A DNA stretch of 24,667 nt from a virus (IMGVR_UViG_3300033144_000866:1-24667), one strand, 5' to 3'. Positions 1 through 8,619 are shown, numbered from the stretch's first letter. Made by a program: numbers and translations. The notes: a model not told the origin generated them from the letters alone.

Positions 1-34
1 CCTTGAAAAAGGGACTATTGGGAGAATAAAGCGT

Positions 35-634
35 ATGGACACAAAAGAGAGAGCGACAGAACAGGAAGTGAAGGAAGTGGTAAAACCGAAGAAGAAACTG
101 CCGGACATCAAGTTCCGGAAGGCAACCGTGCATGACACTCAGCAGGCCAAGGAACTGATTGATATGTTCCACAAGGAATATCTGTCTGACCTTGGATTTG
201 AGATGAGTGATCTTGTCTTCAAGAAGATCGCAACGACCAATGTGCTTGAAACGACATGGGTCGCGACTCTCCCGGACGAGATCATACCGGCTCAGTTCGA
301 GGACTATCACGATGAAGCCGGTAAGCTTCGGAAGCGAATGATCGCTGCACAGGACAAGAAGTTCGGTCGCGTGGTTGGCATCTTCAGCGGTTACTTCACG
401 ACCTACATCATGAACAACGAGAAACTATTTAACGAGATCGTGTGGTATGTCCATCCGGATTTCAGATTCATCGGCATGAAGCTGTATGAGCATTGCATGC
501 AATCGGTGAAGCTGTCCGGTGCGAAGAAAATGATTATGATCCACATGGCAACGGATCAATCAGATCGCCTTGCGAAGATGTACACGAAGATGGGTTTCAA
601 ACCCCTCGAGACTCATTACTGCAAGGATCTATAA
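35..634 (+). CDS. GNAT-fold acetyltransferase-like protein
   Basis: IKFRKATVHD start, GRVVGIFSG strand, EIVWYVHPDFRFIGMKL (degenerate acetyl-CoA motif A) and LAKMYTKMGFKPLETHY (motif B). GGAG at 21-24. The frame is also open back to the window start. Confidence 0.8.
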   Translation: MDTKERATEQEVKEVVKPKKKLPDIKFRKATVHDTQQAKELIDMFHKEYLSDLGFEMSDLVFKKIATTNVLETTWVATLPDEIIPAQFEDYHDEAGKLRKRMIAAQDKKFGRVVGIFSGYFTTYIMNNEKLFNEIVWYVHPDFRFIGMKLYEHCMQSVKLSGAKKMIMIHMATDQSDRLAKMYTKMGFKPLETHYCKDL

Positions 635-643
635 GGAGAAAAC

Positions 644-2299
644 ATGGAAGATCTGCAAAGGATTCTCACTCAGTTCAAGGAGGTCAAGTCGGCTCGAATG
701 AACTTCGATACCTACTATCAGACCTTGCACGACATTTATTATGTCGAAGCCGAGAACATCAACAAGGCTTATTATCCCGGGACTGAGTTAGATTTCACGG
801 ATCTCTATGACACTCAGACTCTTCAGGCCGCGGATGTGTTGGCAGCCGGGATCACGAACTATCTGACACCAAGCACAGGCAAATGGTTCGCACTCCGGAC
901 GAAGAATCCCCTGAAGATGGAATCGAAGCCGGTCAATACATACCTGAAGGATGTTGAGGCAGAGGTCTATCATGTCCTGAACAACTCCAACTTTTACAAC
1001 ATCATCCCGGAGTTCTTCAAAGGATCAGGCGTGTACGGCACTCAGACGATGCTGACTGAGGACGATATCAAGGACACTCTCAGATTCTATTGTCTGCCGA
1101 TCAAGCGTGTGTGGCATGTCATTGACGGTGCAGGCCGGGTGGGTGAGTATTACCTTGGCTTTGAATACACCGCGTATGAAGCCGTGACGAAGTTCGGTGA
1201 AGAGAAGCTGTCCAAGGGTTTGCTTGAGGACTTCAAAGAACACCGGAACCCGGACAAGAAGTATGACTTCCTCCTGTACATCTACCCGAGACATGTCCGG
1301 GAGGCCGGGAAGAAAGACAAGCGGAACATGCCAATCGGTGCGAAGTGGATCGAGACAGCCGGTAAAGATCAGAGCGGTGGCACGGTCGTTGACGAGTCAG
1401 GATACTTTGAGATGCCGGCTTTCACGCACAGATTCTACACGCGACCGGGAGTGGCCCAAGGCTATTCACCGGCGATGAAGGCGTTACCGAATGCACGGTA
1501 TCTCAATGTCATGGCAGAAACGATTCTCAGGTCAGGCATGAAGCAAGCGGATCCGGCGTATGCAATCCCGGACAATGCGTTTGTGATCCCGTTCAATCAG
1601 AACCCGGGAGCGAACAATTATTACAACAGGAACAAACTGAAGTCTGAAGACATCTTCCCACTTGGCACAGGCGGCAATGTGAAGCTGAACATGGAGATGA
1701 TGCAGTATCAAGCGGAGCAGCTTCGTGGGATCATGTTCACGGATGTGTTCCTCGCGTTTCAGAACCTGACAAAGCAAATGACCGTCCCGGAAGTTCAGGA
1801 GCGGATCGCAGAGAAGATGACCCTACTTGGCCCGGCTGTTGGACGGTATCTTTCCGATGTGCTGAGTCCGGCGATCCACCGCGTGATCTTTGCGTTGGAC
1901 AGAGCAGAGAAGCTTCCACCGTTGCCGCTTGAACTGCAACAGGATCCGCGGTATGAACTCGAGTTCGTGTCCGCTCTTGCGAAGGCACAGAAGATGGGTG
2001 AGTTGAATACGCTCACGACCGCGTTGCAGATCGGATCACAGGTCGCACAGATCAAACCGGAAGTGCTTGATAAGATTGACGGTGACGCAGCGATGGATGT
2101 CATATGGGGCATCACCGGTGCAGACACATCGATCCTCCGGGACTCTAAGGAAGTGCAGAAGATCCGGGAAGCAAGGATGAAGGCACAGCAGATTGAGGAT
2201 GAAGTACAAGTCGCGGCTGCCGGTGCAGAGATTGGTGAGAAGGTTGCGTCAACTGAGCAGAAGATCGCTCAAGCAAGATCGGCAGGGGTTGGAGTGTAA
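644..2299 (+). CDS. Portal (head-to-tail connector) protein, T7 gp8/BPP-1-type
   Basis: 551 aa with LAAGITNYLTPSTGKWF, VLNNSNFY, GYSPAMKALP, MTVPEVQERIAEKMTLLGP and FVSALAKAQK, all typical of this portal family. AAGGAG RBS just upstream. Confidence 0.92.
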   Translation: MEDLQRILTQFKEVKSARMNFDTYYQTLHDIYYVEAENINKAYYPGTELDFTDLYDTQTLQAADVLAAGITNYLTPSTGKWFALRTKNPLKMESKPVNTYLKDVEAEVYHVLNNSNFYNIIPEFFKGSGVYGTQTMLTEDDIKDTLRFYCLPIKRVWHVIDGAGRVGEYYLGFEYTAYEAVTKFGEEKLSKGLLEDFKEHRNPDKKYDFLLYIYPRHVREAGKKDKRNMPIGAKWIETAGKDQSGGTVVDESGYFEMPAFTHRFYTRPGVAQGYSPAMKALPNARYLNVMAETILRSGMKQADPAYAIPDNAFVIPFNQNPGANNYYNRNKLKSEDIFPLGTGGNVKLNMEMMQYQAEQLRGIMFTDVFLAFQNLTKQMTVPEVQERIAEKMTLLGPAVGRYLSDVLSPAIHRVIFALDRAEKLPPLPLELQQDPRYELEFVSALAKAQKMGELNTLTTALQIGSQVAQIKPEVLDKIDGDAAMDVIWGITGADTSILRDSKEVQKIREARMKAQQIEDEVQVAAAGAEIGEKVASTEQKIAQARSAGVGV

Positions 2300-2448
2300 T
2301 GGCAACATGTCCGGACTGCGGTCAAGAGTATGATGAGCAGGGCAAGCATATCTGTCCGCATGAAGTTGTGACCGGGACGAATTCAAGCGACACGGTCAAG
2401 TTCACGACCGCGGAAGGTGATTTCGATATCACGGAGACAAAGCCATGA
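2299..2448 (+). CDS. Small 49-aa putative zinc-knuckle protein (absent from ORF track)
   Basis: MATCPDCGQEYDEQGKHICPHEVVTGTNSSDTVKFTTAEGDFDITETKP*. The start overlaps the portal stop (TAATG) and the stop overlaps the next start (ATGA), filling the gap exactly. Contains CxxC-x9-HxC. Confidence 0.7.
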   Translation: MATCPDCGQEYDEQGKHICPHEVVTGTNSSDTVKFTTAEGDFDITETKP

Positions 2449-2690
2449 GTATGGATTTAGCAAAAGCGAAAAACATTAAGGTGGCGGTTCAGAGGATGAT
2501 GGCTGACCCGGATGCCAAAGCGTTCCTTGAAGCTGTGTGTCACTTCAGGAAACCTTTGTGGATAGGCAACACGGAAGGTGCATTAGTTGCTGAAGGGCAG
2601 AGGCAAATATTCTTGACACTTTTAACCATCAACGAAGTAGAGCCGGATGTTATTGTCAGGCTATACGAAGAAAAAGGAGATCAACCATGA
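2445..2690 (+). CDS. Small portal-to-scaffold protein (Bbp19-like)
   Basis: 81 aa with DPDAKAFLEAVC and ALVAEGQRQIFL, matching the EGxR-type motif of small genes found between portal and scaffold. GGAG RBS and ATGA overlaps at both ends. Confidence 0.7.
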   Translation: MSMDLAKAKNIKVAVQRMMADPDAKAFLEAVCHFRKPLWIGNTEGALVAEGQRQIFLTLLTINEVEPDVIVRLYEEKGDQP

Positions 2691-3589
2691 CAGAGGGCAA
2701 TCAGGATCCGAATGCCGGGGCCGGAGCAGCAGGCCAAGGCGGTACGGGTAATCCCGATCCAAATCAGGGTGGGGCAGGGGCCGGCGAAGGTGCAGGGGCC
2801 GGTGCAGCAGGCGGTGAAGCAAAATGGTATTCAACGCTTGAAGGTGAATTAGCGACACACCCGGCGATTCAGAAGTTTGAGTCACCGACAGCGTTGGCGA
2901 AGGGATACATCGAGGCTGAGAAGTTCGTCAGCTACGATAAGGTCGTGAAACCTAAAGGCCCGGAGGATTCTCAGGGTTGGCAGAAGCATAACTCTGCAAT
3001 GGGTGTTCCCGGGGATGCAACAGGGTACAACGAAGTGCTGATGGATCCGAAGGAAGTTCCGCAAGGGATGACCTTTGACAAAGGCAAGTTTGCGACCGCG
3101 ATTCATCAGATGGGACTCAGGCCGGATCAAGCCGCGAAGGCTTACGGCATGTACACAACCGAGTTCATCGAAGGTCACAAAGCAACTGAAGAAGCGTATC
3201 AAACATCGTTGAACGCATCGGAAACCGAATTGAGGCGTGAGTGGGGATCTGCTTATGATCAAAACCTCGAGATGGGAACCCGGTTCGTCAGACATCAGAT
3301 CAAGGATGACGCAGAGTTCAATCGTATCAATGCGATCTATTCCGCTGATCCCGGTGTGATGAAGTTGTTTGCTCAAGCCGGTCGCGAGTTCAGCGAGAAC
3401 TCAATCGGTGGTTTCAAAGATTCGGGGGGAAGCAAGATGACCCCGGCTCAAGCACAGGAAGAGTATGACAACATCGTGGGTAATCCGAAGGACGATTACT
3501 ACAACGATACCAATTCTGTGCGTCAGCGAAGAATCAAGTATGTGGAAAGTTTAGTCGAACAGGGTGCAGACCCGGCGAAGATGGGATAA
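2687..3589 (+). CDS. Capsid scaffolding protein
   Basis: Gly/Ala/Pro-rich N-terminus, then KFESPTALAKGYIEAEK, MGVPGDATGY and ELRREWGSAYDQNL. Located directly before the capsid gene, with an AGGAG RBS. Confidence 0.85.
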   Translation: MTEGNQDPNAGAGAAGQGGTGNPDPNQGGAGAGEGAGAGAAGGEAKWYSTLEGELATHPAIQKFESPTALAKGYIEAEKFVSYDKVVKPKGPEDSQGWQKHNSAMGVPGDATGYNEVLMDPKEVPQGMTFDKGKFATAIHQMGLRPDQAAKAYGMYTTEFIEGHKATEEAYQTSLNASETELRREWGSAYDQNLEMGTRFVRHQIKDDAEFNRINAIYSADPGVMKLFAQAGREFSENSIGGFKDSGGSKMTPAQAQEEYDNIVGNPKDDYYNDTNSVRQRRIKYVESLVEQGADPAKMG

Positions 3590-3597
3590 TTCAAAAG

Positions 3598-3622
3598 GTA
3601 TACATTGTCATCTAATGTATAC
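3598..3622. promoter_or_regulatory. Perfect 9-bp inverted repeat GTATACATT-N7-AATGTATAC (operator-like or hairpin)
   Basis: Arms at 3598-3606 and 3614-3622. GTATACATTGT also recurs as a direct repeat at 3598 and 3617. Confidence 0.45.
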
Positions 3623-3655
3623 ATTGTGAACCTCGTCTGAGTCAGACTGAAGTTG

Positions 3656-3737
3656 TGCAGGCAATCTCTTAGCAGATCTGCAAAAGAGTTGTCGTGTAGC
3701 GTGATCCTCCGGTTGGAGGGCAATCAAGTGCTTACGA
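3656..3737 (+). promoter_or_regulatory. Structured capsid mRNA leader: two hairpins sharing a GCA-bulge motif
   Basis: TGCAG-GCA-ATCT-cttagc-AGAT-CTGCA (3656-3682) and TGAT-CCTCC-ggtt-GGAGG-GCA-ATCA (3702-3726, extendable to 3692-3737). Confidence 0.6.
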
Positions 3738-3780
3738 TGATAAGTGAGTAATTTGATAACTTTAACCGGAGGATACTACA

Positions 3781-4656
3781 ATGGCAGCTAACACACAGTT
3801 AGAACTGCGGAGTCAGCAATATGGTAGAAATATCATGATGTTGGCTCAACAGCAGTACAGTAAGCTTTTCCCGAATGTTGTCCTGAAGACGGACATCAAC
3901 GGGAAGACCTTTTTCCAAGATCAGATTGGGGAATGGTCGATGGCAACAAAGGGCAGTCTGAATCCTGACACGCCCGAGAACGATCCCAACTTCGCTCGAA
4001 GAATGGGAACCATCATCACGAAGAACGATAACCGGTTCTTGGATCGGTCTATCAATCTTCAAATCATGAGCGATCCGAAAGCACCTATGGCGATGTCTGC
4101 CGGCGGTTCTATCGGTCGTGCCATTGATGACGAAGTGATTTCAGCGTTAGTGGGCAACTCGTACTCCGGCGAAACCGGTGGTACGGCTGTTCCTCTTCCG
4201 GGAAGTCAGATCATTCTCAACGGTGGAACGAACCTCACATTCCTTAAAGTCAAAGAAGCAAAGCAGAAATTTGACGATGCGAATGTGGAAGAGAATGATC
4301 GTTACTTCGTGATCAGCCCTGATGGCGTGACGAAGCTGTTAAGTGACACCAACTTGACATCTTCAGATTTCAACACCATCAATGCAATCAACAGCGGAAC
4401 GATGCCGAAAGATGGCATTTGGATGGGCTTCAAGTGGATCATCTCCACTCGTCTGACCACCGCTGCGAACATCACGCAGGGTATCGCTTTTCAGAAAAGC
4501 GGTATTTGCTTGGGTATGACTGAAATGCCTTTCGTCAGAACAGACGAGAGAAGTGACAAGTCTTACTCTTGGCAGATTTACTACGAGTTGAACCTTGGAG
4601 CCATCCGGCTTGAAGAGGTTCGCGTAGTGCGTTGCGATTACGACATAACTGCGTAA
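3781..4656 (+). CDS. Major capsid protein
   Basis: 291 aa with MLAQQQYSKL, FFQDQIG, SIGRAIDDEVISAL, DRYFVISP, WMGFKWIISTRL and LGAIRLEEVRVV, typical of podovirus capsid proteins. GGAGG RBS at 3768-3772. Confidence 0.92.
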   Translation: MAANTQLELRSQQYGRNIMMLAQQQYSKLFPNVVLKTDINGKTFFQDQIGEWSMATKGSLNPDTPENDPNFARRMGTIITKNDNRFLDRSINLQIMSDPKAPMAMSAGGSIGRAIDDEVISALVGNSYSGETGGTAVPLPGSQIILNGGTNLTFLKVKEAKQKFDDANVEENDRYFVISPDGVTKLLSDTNLTSSDFNTINAINSGTMPKDGIWMGFKWIISTRLTTAANITQGIAFQKSGICLGMTEMPFVRTDERSDKSYSWQIYYELNLGAIRLEEVRVVRCDYDITA

Positions 4657-4670
4657 TCGAATTTTAACAG

Positions 4671-4701
4671 AGGTTACGGGGGGCTAAAACCCCCCTGACC
4701 T
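4671..4701 (+). terminator. GC-rich hairpin after the capsid gene (weak terminator or mRNA-stabilising stem)
   Basis: AGGTTA-c-GGGGGG-ctaaaa-CCCCCC-TGACCT. There is no U-tract after it, so termination is uncertain. Confidence 0.5.
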
Positions 4702-4722
4702 ATAACTTGGAGGCTATAAACC

Positions 4723-5136
4723 ATGGCTCAAGTACTTGCAGATAATGTAACAATCATGCAGTCTCGCAGCGGTTCCAAAGTTGCGGACGGTTTGATTATC
4801 ACGAAACAACGGGTTTGGAGTGACGAGTACGAAGCTGCCGCTTTAGCAGCCGGTACTATTGTCATTGCAGATCTCCCGGTCGGTGCGAAGGTTCAGAGCG
4901 TTTCTGTTTATCATGACGCTCTTGGTGCTGAAACCCTTGCAGCAGGGGCCAGCACGACAGCGGATCGCTATTTCGCAGCGGTTTCTGCGAATGATGTGCT
5001 GAAGAATGAATCCGGTTTGGTTGACGGATTCAATTATGTAATCGGAACCAACAGCGGTGACAACCTCATCCTGTTGACCAACTCCGGTGCGATCACAGGA
5101 ACGATCAAAACGGAAGTGAAATACACCCTGTCTTAA
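4723..5136 (+). CDS. Capsid decoration/cement protein (beta-sandwich)
   Basis: 137 aa, beta-rich (IADLPVGAKVQSVSVYHDALG...RYFAA), directly after the capsid gene. GGAGG RBS. Confidence 0.65.
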   Translation: MAQVLADNVTIMQSRSGSKVADGLIITKQRVWSDEYEAAALAAGTIVIADLPVGAKVQSVSVYHDALGAETLAAGASTTADRYFAAVSANDVLKNESGLVDGFNYVIGTNSGDNLILLTNSGAITGTIKTEVKYTLS

Positions 5137-5149
5137 AAAACAGGATTAG

Positions 5150-5740
5150 GTGGTGGGGTGGGGGCTTTTGTCGCTTTTTGTCGGACTCGACAAGATTACA
5201 AGCCTCACGGATATCTCCCCGGAGTCCGAGATCGCGGATCTCATCTATCCTACTTCGTTGCGTACTCTCCTTGAGGAATGCATGTGGTCATTTGCAACAA
5301 AAAGAGTCAACCTTTCACAGACCACCATTGAACCGGCGTGGGTCACGCGGTCGATGAACAAGGTGTACACGAAGCCGGCAGACATGGTGAAGATCTTTAA
5401 GACCAATCCTCCTAATGCGTTCTACCGGGTCGAGGGCGATTACATCCTCTCCGATCAGCTTGGGTTGGGATTGATTTATGTTTATTTGAACGAGACTGCA
5501 TCGAGTTACCCGGCGAAGTTTGTCGAGGCGTTGTCAGCTAAGTTCGCCGCGGACATTGCATACTTCACTCTGAACGATCCGAAGAGAACGCAGCAGCTTG
5601 TAGAGAACTACGAAGGCGTGATTCTTCCGAAGGCAATGAGTTCAGATTCACAGGTCGGCACTCCGTATCTGACCGATGATAATTATTGGGTTGATGCAAA
5701 GAACACCAACGGATCGAGGAAGACTCAATATGGTTTATAG
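5150..5740 (+). CDS. Tail tubular protein A / adaptor (T7 gp11-like); N-terminus atypical, start uncertain
   Basis: KITSLTD, LLEECMWSFATKR, YTKPADMVKI and FVEALSAKFAADIAY motifs. The first ~10 residues come from a G-rich tract and look abnormal. Confidence 0.8.
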   Translation: MVGWGLLSLFVGLDKITSLTDISPESEIADLIYPTSLRTLLEECMWSFATKRVNLSQTTIEPAWVTRSMNKVYTKPADMVKIFKTNPPNAFYRVEGDYILSDQLGLGLIYVYLNETASSYPAKFVEALSAKFAADIAYFTLNDPKRTQQLVENYEGVILPKAMSSDSQVGTPYLTDDNYWVDAKNTNGSRKTQYGL

Positions 5741-8114
5741 TGCATTGTACTCGAGTTGGGCGAAGGGTGAATTAAGTCCTCAACTTATTGGGAGATCTGA
5801 TGTCGAGCAGTACGCGACAGCAGCCAAGGAGATGACCAACTGTCTCGTCCGGCCTTACGGCAATGTCCTGAACAAGCCGGGATCACAGTATCTCGCTCCT
5901 ACGAAGTATCAGGACAAGAACACCCGGCTGCTTGAGTTCGTGTTCTCTGAAACAGATGCCTATGTCATTGAGATGGGTGAGTATTATTTCCGATTCTTCA
6001 AGAACACCGCCAAGGTGCTGATCGATGGGCCGGCAGGGTGGATCACCGCAACTCCTTACATCGTAGGGGATTTCGTCACGGAATCGGCCTTGGAATATTA
6101 TTGCATCGAGGATCACACATCGGGAACTTTCGCTGTTGACCTCGCAGCGAACAAGTGGGTTTTGCAAAGTGTTTATGAAGCACCGCATGTTTATCCGGAG
6201 TCAGTCCTCCGGGGGGTTCAGTATGTTCAGAACAAAGATGTCACATGGATGGTGCAAGGGGATTACCCGGTCAACAAGCTGAGTCGATACGCACCGGACG
6301 ATTGGTCATTTGGGGAAGTGGATATTCTTGGTGGGCCGTTTATCGATGACAACACCGATGACACAGCGACCTTGAACCCATCGGCAACAACGGGTAGCAT
6401 AACGGTCACGGCAGTCGGTCACACGCCATTCCTCGCGGAGCATGTCGGCAGCTATTGGAAGATCGCAGGCACGGTCGGCACGGATCCTGTCATTCAGGGA
6501 TATGTGATCATGACCGGGTACACGAGTCCGACTGTTATGAGTGCGGATGTGATCGAGGATCTTTCTGCGACCGGAGCGACAGAGGATTGGGCAGAAGGAG
6601 CGTGGTCAGAGGTTCGTGGATATCCGCAGACCGTGACCTTTGACAAAAGACGATTGGCGTTTGGGGCAACGGAGTATGAGCCACAGAAGCTTTGGGAATC
6701 GAAACCATTTATTTACGATGACTTCACAGTCGGAGATTTAGCAGATGACTCAATTAACATTGAAGTATCCTCTGATCAATCTAACACCTTCAGATGGATG
6801 TCACCGGGGAATGTCCTCGCTGTCGGTACATTCGGTGGGGAGTTTGTCGTGTCGAGTGGTACTGCCGGTGAAACTCTCACTCCCGACAATGTCAATGCAC
6901 AGCCTCAGTCTTCGTGGGGATCCGAAGCGATCCAACCAAGACGCATCTCAAACTTTACATATTATGTTCAACGCGGTGGAAGAAAAGTCCGCGAACTTTT
7001 TTATTATTGGGATCTCGATACATACAAATCTGCGGATGTTACAATCTATAGTGAGCATATCACCAAGAGTGGTATCGTTGAATTAGTCTATCAGCAGAAC
7101 CCGGACAGCGTTGTTTGGGCCGTTTTGAATAACGGTGACATCGCGTGTCTGACCCGGGAGACTGATCAGCTTATTCAGGCGTGGACTCGCCTCGAGACAT
7201 CCGGCACTTACAAATCCCTCGCCGCGGTTCCCCATGTGACAGAGCCATACGATCAGGTGTATTGCATCGTTGACCGCGAGATCGATGGATCGACCGCGAA
7301 GTATGTCGAGGTGTTTCATAATCAGGTTCCTCCGGACGATCAACAGGAATGTTTCTATGTTGACTCCGGTCTTACATACGCCGCCTATAATCTAACTTCA
7401 GGCGTTTCCCTTACATTAAGTGCTGTGACCGGGATTGGAATCACCATCACAGCCGGCTCCGCGTACTTCAACTCCAACATGGTCGGTAGAAGAATCAAAG
7501 CATACTCAGAAGGAGTGGTGCTTGGTGATGTCTTAATTACCGCCTATACATCCACCACAGAGGTGACAGGAACAGTTCGGAAGGACTTCACATCCTTGAC
7601 ATACGCCGGTGGCCTATGGGGCGTTTCTGTCACTACCCTCTCCGGTCTTTCTCATTTGGAAGCCGAAGAGATTGTGTACCTCGCGGACGGTGGCGTGGAG
7701 AACTTCGATGACCGGCTGACGGTTGCAAGCGGTGCGATCACTATGAACTCAGATTACTTTTACATATCGGTGGGGATCCCTTACGAGACATATCTCGTGA
7801 CTCTTCCGATGGCGATTGAAACGAAGTCAGGAACATCGGTTGGACAGAAGAAGAGAATCAATCAGATCGGGGCGAAGGTTTACAGAACGCTTGGTCTTGA
7901 ATACGGAAAGAACAAAACAAGTCTCTATAAATTTTCAACTCGAAGCGTGGCAACTGATATGGGAACGCCGGAGCCTCTGTACACCGGGGAATATAACGGC
8001 AAGCTATTCAACATGAGTGCTGATTACTTGGCTCAGATCACGATTGCACAGCGAAGGCCGTTGCCTATGAACTTGCTTGCGATCATGCCCATCGAACAGT
8101 CATTCAATAAGTGA
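5730..8114 (+). CDS. Tail tubular protein B / nozzle (T7 gp12-like); start revised to ATG 5730
   Basis: SWAKGELSPQLIGRSD, NCLVRPYGNVLNKPGS, GYPQTVTFDKRRLAFG and FYVDSG motifs. GAGGA RBS at 5716-5720, overlapping the upstream gene by 11 nt. Confidence 0.9.
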   Translation: MVYSALYSSWAKGELSPQLIGRSDVEQYATAAKEMTNCLVRPYGNVLNKPGSQYLAPTKYQDKNTRLLEFVFSETDAYVIEMGEYYFRFFKNTAKVLIDGPAGWITATPYIVGDFVTESALEYYCIEDHTSGTFAVDLAANKWVLQSVYEAPHVYPESVLRGVQYVQNKDVTWMVQGDYPVNKLSRYAPDDWSFGEVDILGGPFIDDNTDDTATLNPSATTGSITVTAVGHTPFLAEHVGSYWKIAGTVGTDPVIQGYVIMTGYTSPTVMSADVIEDLSATGATEDWAEGAWSEVRGYPQTVTFDKRRLAFGATEYEPQKLWESKPFIYDDFTVGDLADDSINIEVSSDQSNTFRWMSPGNVLAVGTFGGEFVVSSGTAGETLTPDNVNAQPQSSWGSEAIQPRRISNFTYYVQRGGRKVRELFYYWDLDTYKSADVTIYSEHITKSGIVELVYQQNPDSVVWAVLNNGDIACLTRETDQLIQAWTRLETSGTYKSLAAVPHVTEPYDQVYCIVDREIDGSTAKYVEVFHNQVPPDDQQECFYVDSGLTYAAYNLTSGVSLTLSAVTGIGITITAGSAYFNSNMVGRRIKAYSEGVVLGDVLITAYTSTTEVTGTVRKDFTSLTYAGGLWGVSVTTLSGLSHLEAEEIVYLADGGVENFDDRLTVASGAITMNSDYFYISVGIPYETYLVTLPMAIETKSGTSVGQKKRINQIGAKVYRTLGLEYGKNKTSLYKFSTRSVATDMGTPEPLYTGEYNGKLFNMSADYLAQITIAQRRPLPMNLLAIMPIEQSFNK

Positions 8115-8122
8115 GGTAAATT

Positions 8123-8617
8123 ATGGGAGTCGGAGCAGCGTTAATAGCCACAACCGCAGTATCCGTAGGTGCGAAGTATATCGCGGCGAGGCAAGAGCAG
8201 AGAGCCTACGAATATAACGCTGACATCATGCAAGGGCAGATGTCCAATGTCGAGGCTGCCCGTAAAGTTCAGGAGATGCGGAATCAGGCGAACCGCGATC
8301 AGATGTTAGCCGAGCAGACAGTCGCTGTCGCATCCTCCGGCATCGAGATGACCGGCAGTCCGCTTGAAGTCATGAGTGCGGACTTAGCGAAAGCAGAGTT
8401 TGATATTGCGATTGACAATTACAATTTCGAGCAAGAGAAGACAAGGATCTATAACGAGGCGAACATGATGAGATATCAAGGGAAACAAACGGCCCGAGCC
8501 GGACTCCTGAACGCAATCGGTTCCGGCGTTGGTGGGATGACCGCAGCTTATAAGTACCGCGGTGCAACCTCATCGACCCCGACTGAGGCTCCTCTTGGAA
8601 AGATGGGGGGGAAATAA
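8123..8617 (+). CDS. Small ejection/internal virion protein (T7 gp14-like position)
   Basis: Hydrophobic Gly/Ala N-terminus, helical QRAYEYNA region, ASSGIEMTGSPLEV motif and Gly-rich C-terminus. GAGG RBS. Confidence 0.75.
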   Translation: MGVGAALIATTAVSVGAKYIAARQEQRAYEYNADIMQGQMSNVEAARKVQEMRNQANRDQMLAEQTVAVASSGIEMTGSPLEVMSADLAKAEFDIAIDNYNFEQEKTRIYNEANMMRYQGKQTARAGLLNAIGSGVGGMTAAYKYRGATSSTPTEAPLGKMGGK

Positions 8618-8619
8618 TC

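Noticed and set aside
2696-2815. GNQDPNAG/GNPDPNQG and GAGAG repeats in the scaffold N-terminus
   Set aside because: Low-complexity N-termini are ordinary for this scaffold type, and this is not a CRISPR or mobile repeat.
3590-3780. tRNA, CRISPR array or sigma70 promoter in the largest intergenic gap
   Set aside because: There is no cloverleaf or repeat-spacer pattern, and TTGTCA at 3605 has no properly spaced -10 element.
4620-4722. T7 10A/10B-style capsid frameshift or readthrough into the decoration gene
   Set aside because: There is no slippery heptamer near the capsid stop, and the downstream gene has its own strong RBS.
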